37,523 bases of DNA from an uncultured Planctomycetales bacterium (GCA_964638485.1 CAZWYX010000003.1:1-37523); one strand, 5' to 3'; positions 8,471-17,596 are shown, counted from the stretch's first letter. The notes: generated by a model not told the origin, from the sequence alone. Translations and numbers: made by a program.

Positions 8471-9835
8471 ATGGCCTCACATCACAACTTATTGATGCGA
8501 TACGTGTTAGGGTATTTTTTTAGCATCATCTTTGTGATTTTTTTCACAAACTTGGCGGCAGCGGAGCAACCCTCCCCTGACATCAAGATCGGCCGCGCAC
8601 TCTATGAGCGGAACTGCGCGCGCTGCCATGGGATCACCGGCGCTGGCGACGGGCCGGATGCGCCACACCTCTACCCCCGTCCACGCAATTTTACCCTCGG
8701 CGCTTACAAATTCCGGACGACGGCCAGCGGAACCCCACCGACCGAGGAGGATGTGTTCCGTACCATTACCGAGGGGCTGCCAGGCACCAGCATGCCCGAC
8801 TGGCGCAACTTAAGCGACGAGGAGCGGTGGCAATTGGTGTCTTATCTGCAGCGTCTCTCGACGGGGTTGCAGGATGTGGCTCCGCAACCGCTGACACTGC
8901 CCCCCCGTCCTCAGCGACTGGAAGTGGCGAAGGGCCAACGACTGTTTCGCGATCTCGGCTGTGTGCAGTGTCATGGACCGACAGGGCGTGGGAATGGTCC
9001 CTCAGCCGCTACCCTCATGGATGACGCCGGCCAACCGATCGTCGCGGCCAATCTCACCCAAGGCTGGACCTATCGCGGCGGTTCGAGTGTGGAAGCAATC
9101 CTCTGGCGGATGCTCACCGGCCTGGATGGCACACCGATGCCGTCGTATGCGGACGCGCTGAGCGGTGAGGATGGCTGGCACCTCGCCGCATATGTGCACA
9201 CCCTGCAGGAGTCGTCCGTCTGGGCGCACGCTGTGGCGGCCCAGCGACTCACTGGAGCGCCGTTGCCGACGACCATCACCGATCCGCGCTGGGAGGAGAT
9301 CCCTCGCGCGCACATCCGGCTGGCCAGTCGTGTCTACCAGCAGGGTGAGGTGCAGCCGACGATGGTGCACGCGGCCTCACTCCAAGCGGTGTATGATGCG
9401 GAGGCGATTGTGTTCCGCGTGATCTGGGATGATCGTACGGACACACGTGGGGAGTGCCCGGATGTCCTCGCGCTGGTCCTACGGCCACCGCACCTCGCCG
9501 GGCATACGCTCACCCTGCAGAACTGGCCGCTGCCGGAGGCGCCACCGCTTGATGTCTGCGCTTGGTCGAGTGAGACCGCGAGGGTGCTCGAACAGGTCGG
9601 ACGCAGTCTGGTACCACTGACGACGGGAACGCGACTCCCCACGCAGGCGGTGTTTACGGATGGCCGGTGGTCGCTCGTGTTTCAACGACCGCTCAAATCG
9701 GAACTCTCTGAGGCAGTGGCGCTCGCGCCAGGGGTAACGATTCACGTGGCGTTGGCGGCCTACGATGGCGGTAATCAAGAGCAGGGGCGCTACCACGCGT
9801 CGTCCACGTGGGTAACACTCACCCTGCGCGAATGA
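8471..9835 (+). CDS. membrane-anchored dihaem cytochrome c with a C-terminal EB_dh-like (ethylbenzene dehydrogenase gamma-like) domain
   Basis: Trimmed to ATG 8471. TM anchor YVLGYFFSIIFVIFFTNLAAA. Two CxxCH motifs (CARCHG, CVQCHG). The C-terminal ~200 aa (LQAVYDAEAIVFRVIWDDRTD...ALAAYDGGN) resembles the EB_dh haem-binding domain. Confidence 0.75.
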   Translation: MASHHNLLMRYVLGYFFSIIFVIFFTNLAAAEQPSPDIKIGRALYERNCARCHGITGAGDGPDAPHLYPRPRNFTLGAYKFRTTASGTPPTEEDVFRTITEGLPGTSMPDWRNLSDEERWQLVSYLQRLSTGLQDVAPQPLTLPPRPQRLEVAKGQRLFRDLGCVQCHGPTGRGNGPSAATLMDDAGQPIVAANLTQGWTYRGGSSVEAILWRMLTGLDGTPMPSYADALSGEDGWHLAAYVHTLQESSVWAHAVAAQRLTGAPLPTTITDPRWEEIPRAHIRLASRVYQQGEVQPTMVHAASLQAVYDAEAIVFRVIWDDRTDTRGECPDVLALVLRPPHLAGHTLTLQNWPLPEAPPLDVCAWSSETARVLEQVGRSLVPLTTGTRLPTQAVFTDGRWSLVFQRPLKSELSEAVALAPGVTIHVALAAYDGGNQEQGRYHASSTWVTLTLRE

Positions 9836-9859
9836 TCTCAACACGCGAAGGAGGGTGGA

Positions 9860-10636
9860 ATGACCGCACGGATGCAACGGTGTCAACGGATGGGAATCAT
9901 GTTCCTCGTCGTGGCCATTGGCTGTGGCGGTAAACAGGAGGCGATCTCAGCGCCGGAACCCCAGACCACGGCCCCTCCTGCCACCACGGCGAGTCACGGC
10001 ACGGCGGCGATCACCGGCACCGCCACGCTCAAAGGACCCCCGTCTGCGCCACAGACCATCCAGATGCAAGCGGATCCAGTCTGCCACCAACAACACACCA
10101 GCCCTGTGCGCACTGATGATGTCGTCGTCGCCAACGGGCGGTTGGCCAACGTGTTCGTCTATGTGAAAGAGGGATTGGCGAATTATCCCTTGACGCCACC
10201 GACGACACCCGTGGTGCTGGACCAGAAAGGGTGTCTCTACGCGCCGCACGTCACAGGCGTGCAAGTCAATCAACCGCTCGAAATTCGCAACAGCGACGCG
10301 ACCCTCCACAACATCAATGCCAAGCCGCAAGGAAATCAACCCTTCAACATCGCCCAGCCAGTCCAGGGGATGAAGACGACGAAGAAGTTCATGAAGCCGG
10401 AGGTGATGATTCCCCTCAAGTGCAACGTCCACCCCTGGATGAGCGGCTACGTTGGTGTCGTCGCCCATCCCTTCTTCGCTGTCACCGACACGCAGGGGAA
10501 TTTCCAGCTCACCGGATTGCCGGCAGGAACCTACGTCCTTGAGGCGTGGCATGAACGGTTTGGCACGACCACACAGACCGTTACGCTTGGCGATGGAGCA
10601 ACGCACACGCTCGAGTTGAGTTTCCAAGCGAAGTGA
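9860..10636 (+). CDS. lipoprotein blue-copper (cupredoxin) protein flanked by carboxypeptidase-regulatory-like beta-sandwich segments
   Basis: GGAGGG lies upstream of ATG 9860. Lipobox VVAIGC. Type-1 Cu ligand pattern DATLHNINA ... CNVHPWM (C-x2-H-x2-M, as in amicyanin). The C-terminus TDTQGNFQLTGLPAGTYVLEAWHE is CarboxypepD_reg-like. Confidence 0.7.
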   Translation: MTARMQRCQRMGIMFLVVAIGCGGKQEAISAPEPQTTAPPATTASHGTAAITGTATLKGPPSAPQTIQMQADPVCHQQHTSPVRTDDVVVANGRLANVFVYVKEGLANYPLTPPTTPVVLDQKGCLYAPHVTGVQVNQPLEIRNSDATLHNINAKPQGNQPFNIAQPVQGMKTTKKFMKPEVMIPLKCNVHPWMSGYVGVVAHPFFAVTDTQGNFQLTGLPAGTYVLEAWHERFGTTTQTVTLGDGATHTLELSFQAK

Positions 10637-10666
10637 TCCGCTCGAGGCGCTTGACCGAGGCGAGAC

Positions 10667-11341
10667 GTGCAACTACTCCCTGACAATTTCTCCACCACCG
10701 GTGGCACCATTGACCACCTCTTCTACGTGATCCTGTGGATCACCGGCATCGCGTTTGTGGTGGTGCAGGTGTGCCTGCTGCTCTTTGTGATCCTGTATCG
10801 CGCCCGCCCAGGACGGACAGCGGCGTACATCCACGGCAGTACCCCCGTCGAAATTATCTGGACGGTCGTGCCGACGATCATCTTGGTAGTCCTTGGCTTT
10901 GCGAGTCAAGGCGCCTGGGCGAATTTGCGTGAACGGGTGCCCGCCAACGCCACGCGCATCGAGATTCTCGCCGAACAGTTTGCGTGGAACATCCGCTACC
11001 CCGGTCCGGACGAAGTCTTCAACACCGAGGATGACGTCACCACAATTAATCAACTCCACGTGCCGGTCAACCAACCGGTCGTCGTGCACTTGCGCTCCAA
11101 AGATGTGATTCACAGTTTCTTCCTGCCCCTGCTGCGCGTCAAACAAGATGCCGTCCCGGGGTTGACCACGCGCGTGTGGTTTGAGGCCACGCAACCAGGC
11201 CAACACGAAATCGCCTGCGCGGAACTCTGCGGTCTCGGCCATTATCGGATGCGCGGGTTTCTCACGCTCGAATCGCCTGAGGCGTGGCAGGCGTGGTTAA
11301 CGAGTCAAGGCAAGCAACGAGTGGCGGAGTATGCCCCATGA
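10667..11341 (+). CDS. coxB: cytochrome c oxidase subunit II (no fused cytochrome c domain)
   Basis: GTG start. Two N-terminal TM helices. CuA site HSFF...CAELCGLGHYRM. Confidence 0.9.
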   Translation: MQLLPDNFSTTGGTIDHLFYVILWITGIAFVVVQVCLLLFVILYRARPGRTAAYIHGSTPVEIIWTVVPTIILVVLGFASQGAWANLRERVPANATRIEILAEQFAWNIRYPGPDEVFNTEDDVTTINQLHVPVNQPVVVHLRSKDVIHSFFLPLLRVKQDAVPGLTTRVWFEATQPGQHEIACAELCGLGHYRMRGFLTLESPEAWQAWLTSQGKQRVAEYAP

Positions 11342-13053
11342 CGCACCCCCATCGCGAACCACGTTTTCTTCGCAAATACGTGTTCTCGACAGATCACAAA
11401 GTGATTGGTGTGCAATTTCTGTTCACCGGACTCACGATGCTCATCCTCGGGGGCTTGCTGGCAATGCTGATGCGTTGGCAACTCGGGTATCCTGGCCAGC
11501 CCCTGCCGTTCATGGAGAAGATCGCCCCCGAGGGCATGCCCGGCGGGATCATGGTCCCCGAGTACTACAACGTGCTCTTCACGATGCACGGCACGCTGAT
11601 GATTTTCTTTGCCATCATTCCCATCCTCGTCGGCGCCTTTGGAAATTATTTGATTCCGTTGAACATTGGGGCTGGCGACATGGCCTTCCCGCGGCTCAAT
11701 ATGATTTCCTACTGGTTGATCCCGCCGTCGGCTCTCATCATGCTCGCTGGCTTTTTCGTCGAAGGTGGCGCAGCCGCAGCGGGCTGGACGTCGTATCCGC
11801 CGTTGAGTGCCGTCTCCTCGAGCGCGGGCCAGACGTGCTGGCTGGTGAGTCTCATCTTCCTGGGCACCTCCTCCATTCTGGGCGCGGTGAACTACGTGAC
11901 GACCATTGTGAATCTCCGCGCGCCAGGGATGACGTTCCATCGTTTACCCCTGACTCTCTGGGCGCTGTTCACGACGGCGCTCCTCATTTTGTTTGCGACA
12001 CCGATCCTCGCAGCCGCGCTCATTTTGCTCCTGCTCGATAAAACTGTGGGCACCAGCTTTTTCCTGCCTGCAGGACTCATTGTAGACGGTGCGTCACTCG
12101 CCCACGTCGGTGGCCAGCCACTCCTCTGGCAGCACCTCTTCTGGTTCTACTCACATCCAGCGGTCTACATCATGATTCTACCGGCGATGGGGATGGTCTC
12201 TGATATCCTGCCGGTCTTTGCACGCAAACCCATCTTTGGCTACCGCGCGATTGCCTATGCGTCGCTCGCCATCGCGATCCTGGGCATGTTTGTGTGGGGC
12301 CACCACATGTTTCAAAGCGGGATGAACCCTGTCCTCGGCACGAGTTTCATGATTTCGACAATGGTCGTGGCGGTACCGTCGGCCGTGAAGACGTTTAACT
12401 GGCTGGGGACCCTGTGGCGCGGGAACATTCACTTGACCACACCGATGCTGCATGCGCTGGGATTTGTCTCGATGTTCGTCATTGGAGGACTCACCGGAAT
12501 CTTCATGGCTTCCACGCCGGTAGACATCTACATCCATGATACCTACTTTATCGTCGGGCATCTGCACTACGTGCTCTTTGGCGGCAGCCTCTTCGGGGCG
12601 TTCGCCGGGATCGCGTTCTGGTTTCCCAAGATGTTCGGACGGCTGCTCAACGAACGCTGGGGCAAACTCCATTTTTGGCTCACCTTCCTTTTCTTCAACA
12701 CGACGATGTTTCCCATGTTTAACCTCGGGATGGGTGGAATGCAGCGCCGCATTTACGATTGGACCCAATACGCACATCTCGCCGAGATGGGTCCATTGAA
12801 TCGCATGATGACGGTGAGCGCCTTCCTCTTGGGCGCGGTGCAAGTGATCTTCTTCGTGAATTTCTGCTGGAGCCTCTTCCGGGGGAAACGTGCTGGCAAT
12901 AATCCGTGGCAAGCCACGACACTGGAGTGGCAGACGTCATCACCTCCACCGCATGGCAATTTCGCAGAGATGCCGACGGTGTATCACGGCCCGTACGAGT
13001 ACAGCTCGCCTCTCGTGGCCGAGGATTACCTCCCACAAAACCGAAAGCTCTGA
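11338..13053 (+). CDS. ctaD: cytochrome c oxidase subunit I, A2-type
   Basis: Trimmed to ATG 11338, which overlaps the coxB stop as ATGA. Contains FSTDHKVIG, the D-channel segment GNYLIPLNIGAGDMAFPRLN, WFYSHPAVY (a YS motif replacing the helix-VI Glu, hence A2 type) and GHHMF. At 571 aa it is not fused to subunit III. Confidence 0.92.
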   Translation: MTHPHREPRFLRKYVFSTDHKVIGVQFLFTGLTMLILGGLLAMLMRWQLGYPGQPLPFMEKIAPEGMPGGIMVPEYYNVLFTMHGTLMIFFAIIPILVGAFGNYLIPLNIGAGDMAFPRLNMISYWLIPPSALIMLAGFFVEGGAAAAGWTSYPPLSAVSSSAGQTCWLVSLIFLGTSSILGAVNYVTTIVNLRAPGMTFHRLPLTLWALFTTALLILFATPILAAALILLLLDKTVGTSFFLPAGLIVDGASLAHVGGQPLLWQHLFWFYSHPAVYIMILPAMGMVSDILPVFARKPIFGYRAIAYASLAIAILGMFVWGHHMFQSGMNPVLGTSFMISTMVVAVPSAVKTFNWLGTLWRGNIHLTTPMLHALGFVSMFVIGGLTGIFMASTPVDIYIHDTYFIVGHLHYVLFGGSLFGAFAGIAFWFPKMFGRLLNERWGKLHFWLTFLFFNTTMFPMFNLGMGGMQRRIYDWTQYAHLAEMGPLNRMMTVSAFLLGAVQVIFFVNFCWSLFRGKRAGNNPWQATTLEWQTSSPPPHGNFAEMPTVYHGPYEYSSPLVAEDYLPQNRKL

Positions 13054-14732
13054 TGAGTGTGCATCGTTTGGCTCAATGGACGTCTCTGGCTGCCTTCGTT
13101 TTGATCGTCGCTGGCGGTTTGGTGACCTCGACTGGCTCAGGCTTGGCGATTCCTGACTGGCCGCTCGCCTACGGCCAACTCGTCCCCCCCTGGGTGGGTG
13201 GCATCCGCTTTGAATACGCGCATCGCCTGATCGCAGCACTCGTGGGACTGCTGACGGTCATGCTCGTGATCGGACTCTGGCGAACACAGCAGCATCGGAG
13301 TGTCCGATGGTTCGGGCTGTTCGCGTTGAGTGGGATCGTCCTCCAAGCGGTCCTGGGAGGGCTGACCGTCCTCCAGGAATTGCCACGCAGCCTCTCCATC
13401 GCACATGCCTGCGTTGGATCGTTGGTGTTCTGCGCGCTCGCGAGTCTCGCATATGTGCTGTCGCCTTCCTGGTCATGCCCACTGACAGGCCACGGTGACT
13501 CGCGATTGGCCCATCTGACAGGCGCGACGACCGGCCTACTCCTCCTCCAGTTATTTGTGGGGGCGATCCGACGTCACACCGGCATGGGGCTGACAGCGCA
13601 TCTCATCGGCGCCGGGCTGGTCAGCGTGAGCGTCGTGTGGATGGCCTTCCGTGTACGCCGACAGCACCGTCGTGATCCCGTGGTGACACGCCTGATCGTG
13701 TGGCTCGTAACGTTGTGGTGCTGGCAACTGCTGCTCGGTGTCGTGAGCGCCTGGTTCTGGCCGTCGGTGTTCATCCGCACCGCTCACCAGGCAGGAGGGG
13801 TGCTCCTCCTCGCCACCAGCGTGGTGCTGACCATACGCACCCGTCACACGGTTGGCCGACTCGCTCCATGGCTGTCGTGGCGTCGCATCGCCACCTACCT
13901 CGAGCTGACCAAACCACGCCTCACGTTGTTGGCCGTGATGACGACACTGGTGGGTTTCCTGTTGGCTGCTGACGGGAGTCTCGCCATCACTCGCTTGGTG
14001 CTCACGCTCCTGGGGACGCTGAGTGTCGTCGCTGGCGCGCAGGCGCTCAACCAGTACCTCGAACGGGAGGCCGATGCGAAAATGGCGCGCACCAACACCC
14101 GCCCGCTCCCTGCACGACGGCTGCGACCCGAGCAGGCCTTGACGTGCGGCGTCCTGCTGGCCGTGGTGGGACTGGTGAGCCTGGCGATGGGCGTCAATTT
14201 GTTGACGAGCGTCCTCGAAGCCCTCGCGCTGAGTTTGTATCTCTTTGTCTACACGCCGCTGAAATCTCGCACCGCGCTGTGTACGCTCGTTGGAGCGATC
14301 CCTGGCGCCATTCCACCGATGGCGGGGTGGGCTGCGGCGAGAAACAGCCTGGATTCACCAGCGTGGATTCTCGGTGCGATTTTGTTTCTGTGGCAGTTAC
14401 CCCATTTCCTGGCACTCGCGTGGCTGTACCGTGAAGACTATGCGCGCGCCGACTTCCGGTTCCTCACGTCGCTCGATCCGCGTGGCGCCAGCGCTAGTCG
14501 GCAAATCGTCCTCTACTCGATCGCCCTCGTCCCTGTCACCCTGGTGCCGACGGTGCTGGGTCTGACGGGTGCAGTCTACTTCGTGGGAGCGCTCGTGCTC
14601 GGGCTGGTCTTCGTGGGGATGGGATGGCGGGTGGCGCTGGTAAAATCCGCTCGCCAAGCCAGATGGCTCTTCATGACCTCGATTACGTATCTGCCGCTCC
14701 TCTTGACGCTCATGGCACTGGATCGCGTATGA
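13053..14732 (+). CDS. fused haem A synthase (CtaA/COX15) - protohaem IX farnesyltransferase (CtaB/CyoE)
   Basis: ATG 13053 shares one nucleotide with the ctaD stop (TGATG). The N-terminal half has LVTSTGSGLAIPDWPL and His-bearing TM helices (CtaA). The C-terminal half has YLELTKPRLTLL...NQYLEREADAKMARTNTRPLP (UbiA-type CtaB). Confidence 0.85.
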   Translation: MSVHRLAQWTSLAAFVLIVAGGLVTSTGSGLAIPDWPLAYGQLVPPWVGGIRFEYAHRLIAALVGLLTVMLVIGLWRTQQHRSVRWFGLFALSGIVLQAVLGGLTVLQELPRSLSIAHACVGSLVFCALASLAYVLSPSWSCPLTGHGDSRLAHLTGATTGLLLLQLFVGAIRRHTGMGLTAHLIGAGLVSVSVVWMAFRVRRQHRRDPVVTRLIVWLVTLWCWQLLLGVVSAWFWPSVFIRTAHQAGGVLLLATSVVLTIRTRHTVGRLAPWLSWRRIATYLELTKPRLTLLAVMTTLVGFLLAADGSLAITRLVLTLLGTLSVVAGAQALNQYLEREADAKMARTNTRPLPARRLRPEQALTCGVLLAVVGLVSLAMGVNLLTSVLEALALSLYLFVYTPLKSRTALCTLVGAIPGAIPPMAGWAAARNSLDSPAWILGAILFLWQLPHFLALAWLYREDYARADFRFLTSLDPRGASASRQIVLYSIALVPVTLVPTVLGLTGAVYFVGALVLGLVFVGMGWRVALVKSARQARWLFMTSITYLPLLLTLMALDRV

Positions 14733-15343
14733 GCCTGCGACGAGACACGTTTCTCTGGGGATTGCTCGTGGGTGTGATGGTGGGGCTGAGCGCAGCACTC
14801 GTGGGCTTGCACGTGGCGCACCGCCACGCAGAAACACCACTGCCGCTCTATGGCGAAGTGCCAGCCTTTGAGTTCGTGGATCATCGCACGCAGCCGCTAC
14901 GGCTCGACGACCTGCGCGGCCGCGTGTGGGTGGCAGATTTTATCTTTAGCCGTTGCGGCGGTCAGTGCCCGACGATGACGGAAGCCATGAAAACGCTCCA
15001 AACAGAATTCGCTTCCCAACTGCAGCTCATCTCCTTTACCGTGGATCCGCTGTGGGATACGCCCGAGCGACTGGCGCAGTATGCGGCACGCGTGGAGGCG
15101 CGCGATGGCTGGCACTTTGTGACTGGACCGGAGGCGCTCCTGCACCGTCTTGCCACGGAGGGTTTTCGTTTGAGCGCAGCACGCGCCAGCGACGACGGCG
15201 CAGAACCCATCGCGCATAGCGTGCGGCTGAGTCTGGTGGACCGTCGTGGCCACATTCGTGGCTACTATGACGGCACTGATCCAGCGGCCCGCGAGCAGTT
15301 GCGCCGTGATATCAAACGGTTGCTACGCGAGCGTGCCTCATGA
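14729..15343 (+). CDS. SCO1/SenC family copper chaperone / thiol-disulfide protein
   Basis: ATGA overlap with the previous gene. One TM anchor. The CGGQCP (CxxxC) motif plus a downstream His (IAHSVR). Confidence 0.85.
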   Translation: MSLRRDTFLWGLLVGVMVGLSAALVGLHVAHRHAETPLPLYGEVPAFEFVDHRTQPLRLDDLRGRVWVADFIFSRCGGQCPTMTEAMKTLQTEFASQLQLISFTVDPLWDTPERLAQYAARVEARDGWHFVTGPEALLHRLATEGFRLSAARASDDGAEPIAHSVRLSLVDRRGHIRGYYDGTDPAAREQLRRDIKRLLRERAS

Positions 15344-15768
15344 TTCGCTATGACCTGCTACCAACGCTCAACGCCTCGCTCAACGCCCTGAGTGCGATCC
15401 TCCTCGTCATCGGATTGGTCTGCATCAAGACACACCGCATCCGAGCCCACACCATCTGCATGAGTGCGGCGTTTGTGACATCGCTCCTCTTTTTGACGTC
15501 GTATGTGCTCTACCATGTGCACGTCGGTTCCCAACCGTTTCCAGGTCAGGGGTGGGTGCGGCCGTGCTACTTTACGCTCCTCATCTCCCATACGGTGCTC
15601 GCCATCGTCATTGTGCCCTTAGCGCTGCGCACCTTGTACCTCGCGATCCGCGGCCGCTTTGCGCAACACGAGGCGATTGCGCGGTGGACGCTCCCGCTGT
15701 GGCTCTACGTGTCGGTCACAGGGGTCATCATCTACTGGATACTCTATCGCGTGCGGTGGGAGACCTAA
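15340..15768 (+). CDS. DUF420 family membrane protein (oxidase-associated)
   Basis: ATGA overlap with the previous gene. A 4-TM protein beginning LPTLNASLNALSAILLVIG, typical of DUF420 genes found in aa3/caa3 clusters. Confidence 0.75.
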   Translation: MIRYDLLPTLNASLNALSAILLVIGLVCIKTHRIRAHTICMSAAFVTSLLFLTSYVLYHVHVGSQPFPGQGWVRPCYFTLLISHTVLAIVIVPLALRTLYLAIRGRFAQHEAIARWTLPLWLYVSVTGVIIYWILYRVRWET

Positions 15769-15770
15769 TC

Positions 15771-16043
15771 GTGACCCGTGAACCGCGCACAGTGGACAGC
15801 AAACGGCCCGTCAGGTGCTGGCTACTGGCTATGGGTTACTGGCTACTGGCGTGCGGCGTTGCAGAGGCCTGTCCGACGTGTAGCGATATGCTGTCTACCG
15901 ATGCCGCAGCACCCGCTGGTCTGGCGCGAGGATTCTACTGGAGCATCCTGCTTTTCCTGAGTATGCCATTCGCTCTGGTCGGCGGGATGAGCTGGCTGAT
16001 CGTGCGGCACGCCAGACAATCTAAGCAGCCGACCCCTCGCTAA
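15771..16043 (+). CDS. small bitopic protein with a CPTC motif (90 aa)
   Basis: GTG 15771 lies 2 nt after the DUF420 stop. Signal-like LLAMGYWLLACGVAEA, then CPTC, then a C-terminal TM helix (FYWSILLFLSMPFALVGGMSWLIV). The internal ATG (MGYWLL) is an alternative start. Confidence 0.45.
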   Translation: MTREPRTVDSKRPVRCWLLAMGYWLLACGVAEACPTCSDMLSTDAAAPAGLARGFYWSILLFLSMPFALVGGMSWLIVRHARQSKQPTPR

Positions 16044-16135
16044 GTTCGACCCTCCCACCCGCTGACTGCTGACGGTGGATCTCTGCCTACTGCGGTTCGG
16101 TCTGAGGAACGGCGGCCGGTGGTCATCGAAACAGA

Positions 16136-16175
16136 CAAGCCCCTTCCAGGAAGTCATCTCACTCGAAGGGGCTTG
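16136..16175. terminator. 11-bp perfect inverted repeat between convergent genes
   Basis: CAAGCCCCTTC (16136-16146) pairs with GAAGGGGCTTG (16165-16175) around an 18-nt loop. In the minus-strand sense it is followed by TCTGTTTCG. The T-tract is not canonical. Confidence 0.4.
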
Positions 16176-16196
16176 TGCCGTCGTGCCGAAGGCGTG

Positions 16197-16379
16197 TTAG
16201 GGAAGTACCGTCAACTCGCCATCGTGAATTTTCTCGACGAGGAGATTCCACTCGTCCTTGCTCAACCGCACGAGGTTTCCTTCTTCGCCAATGCGCACTT
16301 CACCGCGGGTGGCATCCACCACGATTTCTGGACATCCCCCGCAGCCTTTGCACAGCGCCACACGGAACAGCGATTCCAT
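16197..16379 (-). CDS. small Cys-containing protein, DUF397-like pattern (60 aa)
   Basis: Strong GGAGGTGG lies 3 nt upstream of the ATG. CKGCGGCPEIVVD...VRIGEE...LSKDEWNLLVEKIHDGEL resembles the C-[VP]-E-V...W..F...GEF layout of DUF397. This is a memory-based match. Confidence 0.5.
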   Translation of the reverse strand: MESLFRVALCKGCGGCPEIVVDATRGEVRIGEEGNLVRLSKDEWNLLVEKIHDGELTVLP

Positions 16380-16493
16380 GAGCCACCTCCATGTTCACAC
16401 TCTGCGACACCACAGGGACTGCACCGACTCAGCTAGCCTCCTGACACGCAGGTCAGATATGACGACCCGTCATGCATCGAGCGTTGCTGACCA

Positions 16494-16952
16494 CTAATCT
16501 CTGTACTCGAGCTGAATGACGATGGTCTTCTGCCCTCCCTCGAGCAGCGGAAACTTGGCTGGGCTAAATTTTGGGGCACTCAATTTGACTCGTTGATCGT
16601 TCGAAAACCCTACGCCTTCTTCAGGAAAACCCAGTCGGCTGCGCTCAAGTGTCCGATTTCCGTTTTCATCATGGATCACAGAGACCGCATACTCCCCAAA
16701 GGGGACACCTTCAAAGACGACGGTGACGGTCTTTTGTCGTGCCTGCAACGGGACCCACTCCTCTTCGTAGGCATGCTCGATATGAACGGGGTAGCCCTTG
16801 GGGCTGTCAAACAGAGCCACACCGATCTCTCCTGGTGTCGGTCGGATGCCTTCCACGCGGACTTCAAGAGTGGCAAAATCCACCTCTCGCGCCTGCGGAG
16901 CATGCGCAAAAAGCACGGTCCCTCCGATGATGGTCGCGACGATACGCCACAT
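16494..16952 (-). CDS. DUF2141 domain-containing secreted protein
   Basis: GGAGGG lies upstream of the ATG. Signal peptide present. IHDENGNRTLERSRLGFPEEGVGFSND matches the DUF2141 signature. Confidence 0.75.
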   Translation of the reverse strand: MWRIVATIIGGTVLFAHAPQAREVDFATLEVRVEGIRPTPGEIGVALFDSPKGYPVHIEHAYEEEWVPLQARQKTVTVVFEGVPFGEYAVSVIHDENGNRTLERSRLGFPEEGVGFSNDQRVKLSAPKFSPAKFPLLEGGQKTIVIQLEYRD

Positions 16953-17270
16953 CGCTTCCCTCCTCTGCCCGTGCCGCTCCTTCCGGGGTCAGCTCGACGT
17001 CGCTCAGGGGCTCGGGGTCTGCCGTGATGTGCCGTGCTCTCGCGGACTGTGCGCTTCGTACAGACACGGGCACAGTGCTAGAGACCCCGGTCCACCCACG
17101 GCAAAAGGACACGCCGCGAGCAGGACGCCTGCAGATGCGATCCCTCTCAGTGCCACGCGGCACTGGGGACGCGCGCCGCCCTCCGCCCACGAGAGGCCCC
17201 CAGACGTGGCAGACCCCTCGTTCCGTGTGCGCTTACCTTAAGAGGAGTTCTGTCGCAGTGAATTCCGCGG

Positions 17271-17453
17271 TTAGCGAGGGGCACCACCCTTGCGCTTCGA
17301 GAAACACTCCTTGCAGTAGACCGGCCGATCGCCGCTGGGCTTGAAGGGCACTTCGCACTCCTGCTTGCAGTCGGCACAGGTCGCCTTGAACATTTCCCGC
17401 GGCCGTCCACCGAACCCACCACCACCGAACCCACCACCTGGTTGAAACCCCAC
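17271..17453 (-). CDS. CxxC-x17-CxxC zinc-ribbon protein with a Gly-rich N-terminus (TIGR04272-like)
   Basis: AAGGAGG lies 6 nt upstream of the GTG start. In CADC-KQECEVPFKPSGDRPVY-CKEC I counted exactly 17 residues between the two CxxC pairs. Confidence 0.7.
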   Translation of the reverse strand: MGFQPGGGFGGGGFGGRPREMFKATCADCKQECEVPFKPSGDRPVYCKECFSKRKGGAPR

Positions 17454-17596
17454 TTGTGACCTCCTTGTGTGAAAACGACGATCCCCACTTCCCTTCCACG
17501 ACTACCTCACAACGACGCCTGCGCGACAGAATTCCGCCACGCCTCAGCGCCCCAAGAGCAGCTGCCAGTGCAAAGCCTCCAGTTGAACGCAGAGAT

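Noticed and set aside
17130-17180. CUGAGAGGG string resembling the TPP-riboswitch CUGAGA core in the DUF2141 upstream spacer
   Set aside because: The ACCUGAUC/pyrimidine-sensor half and the surrounding helices are absent, and the downstream gene is unrelated to thiamine.
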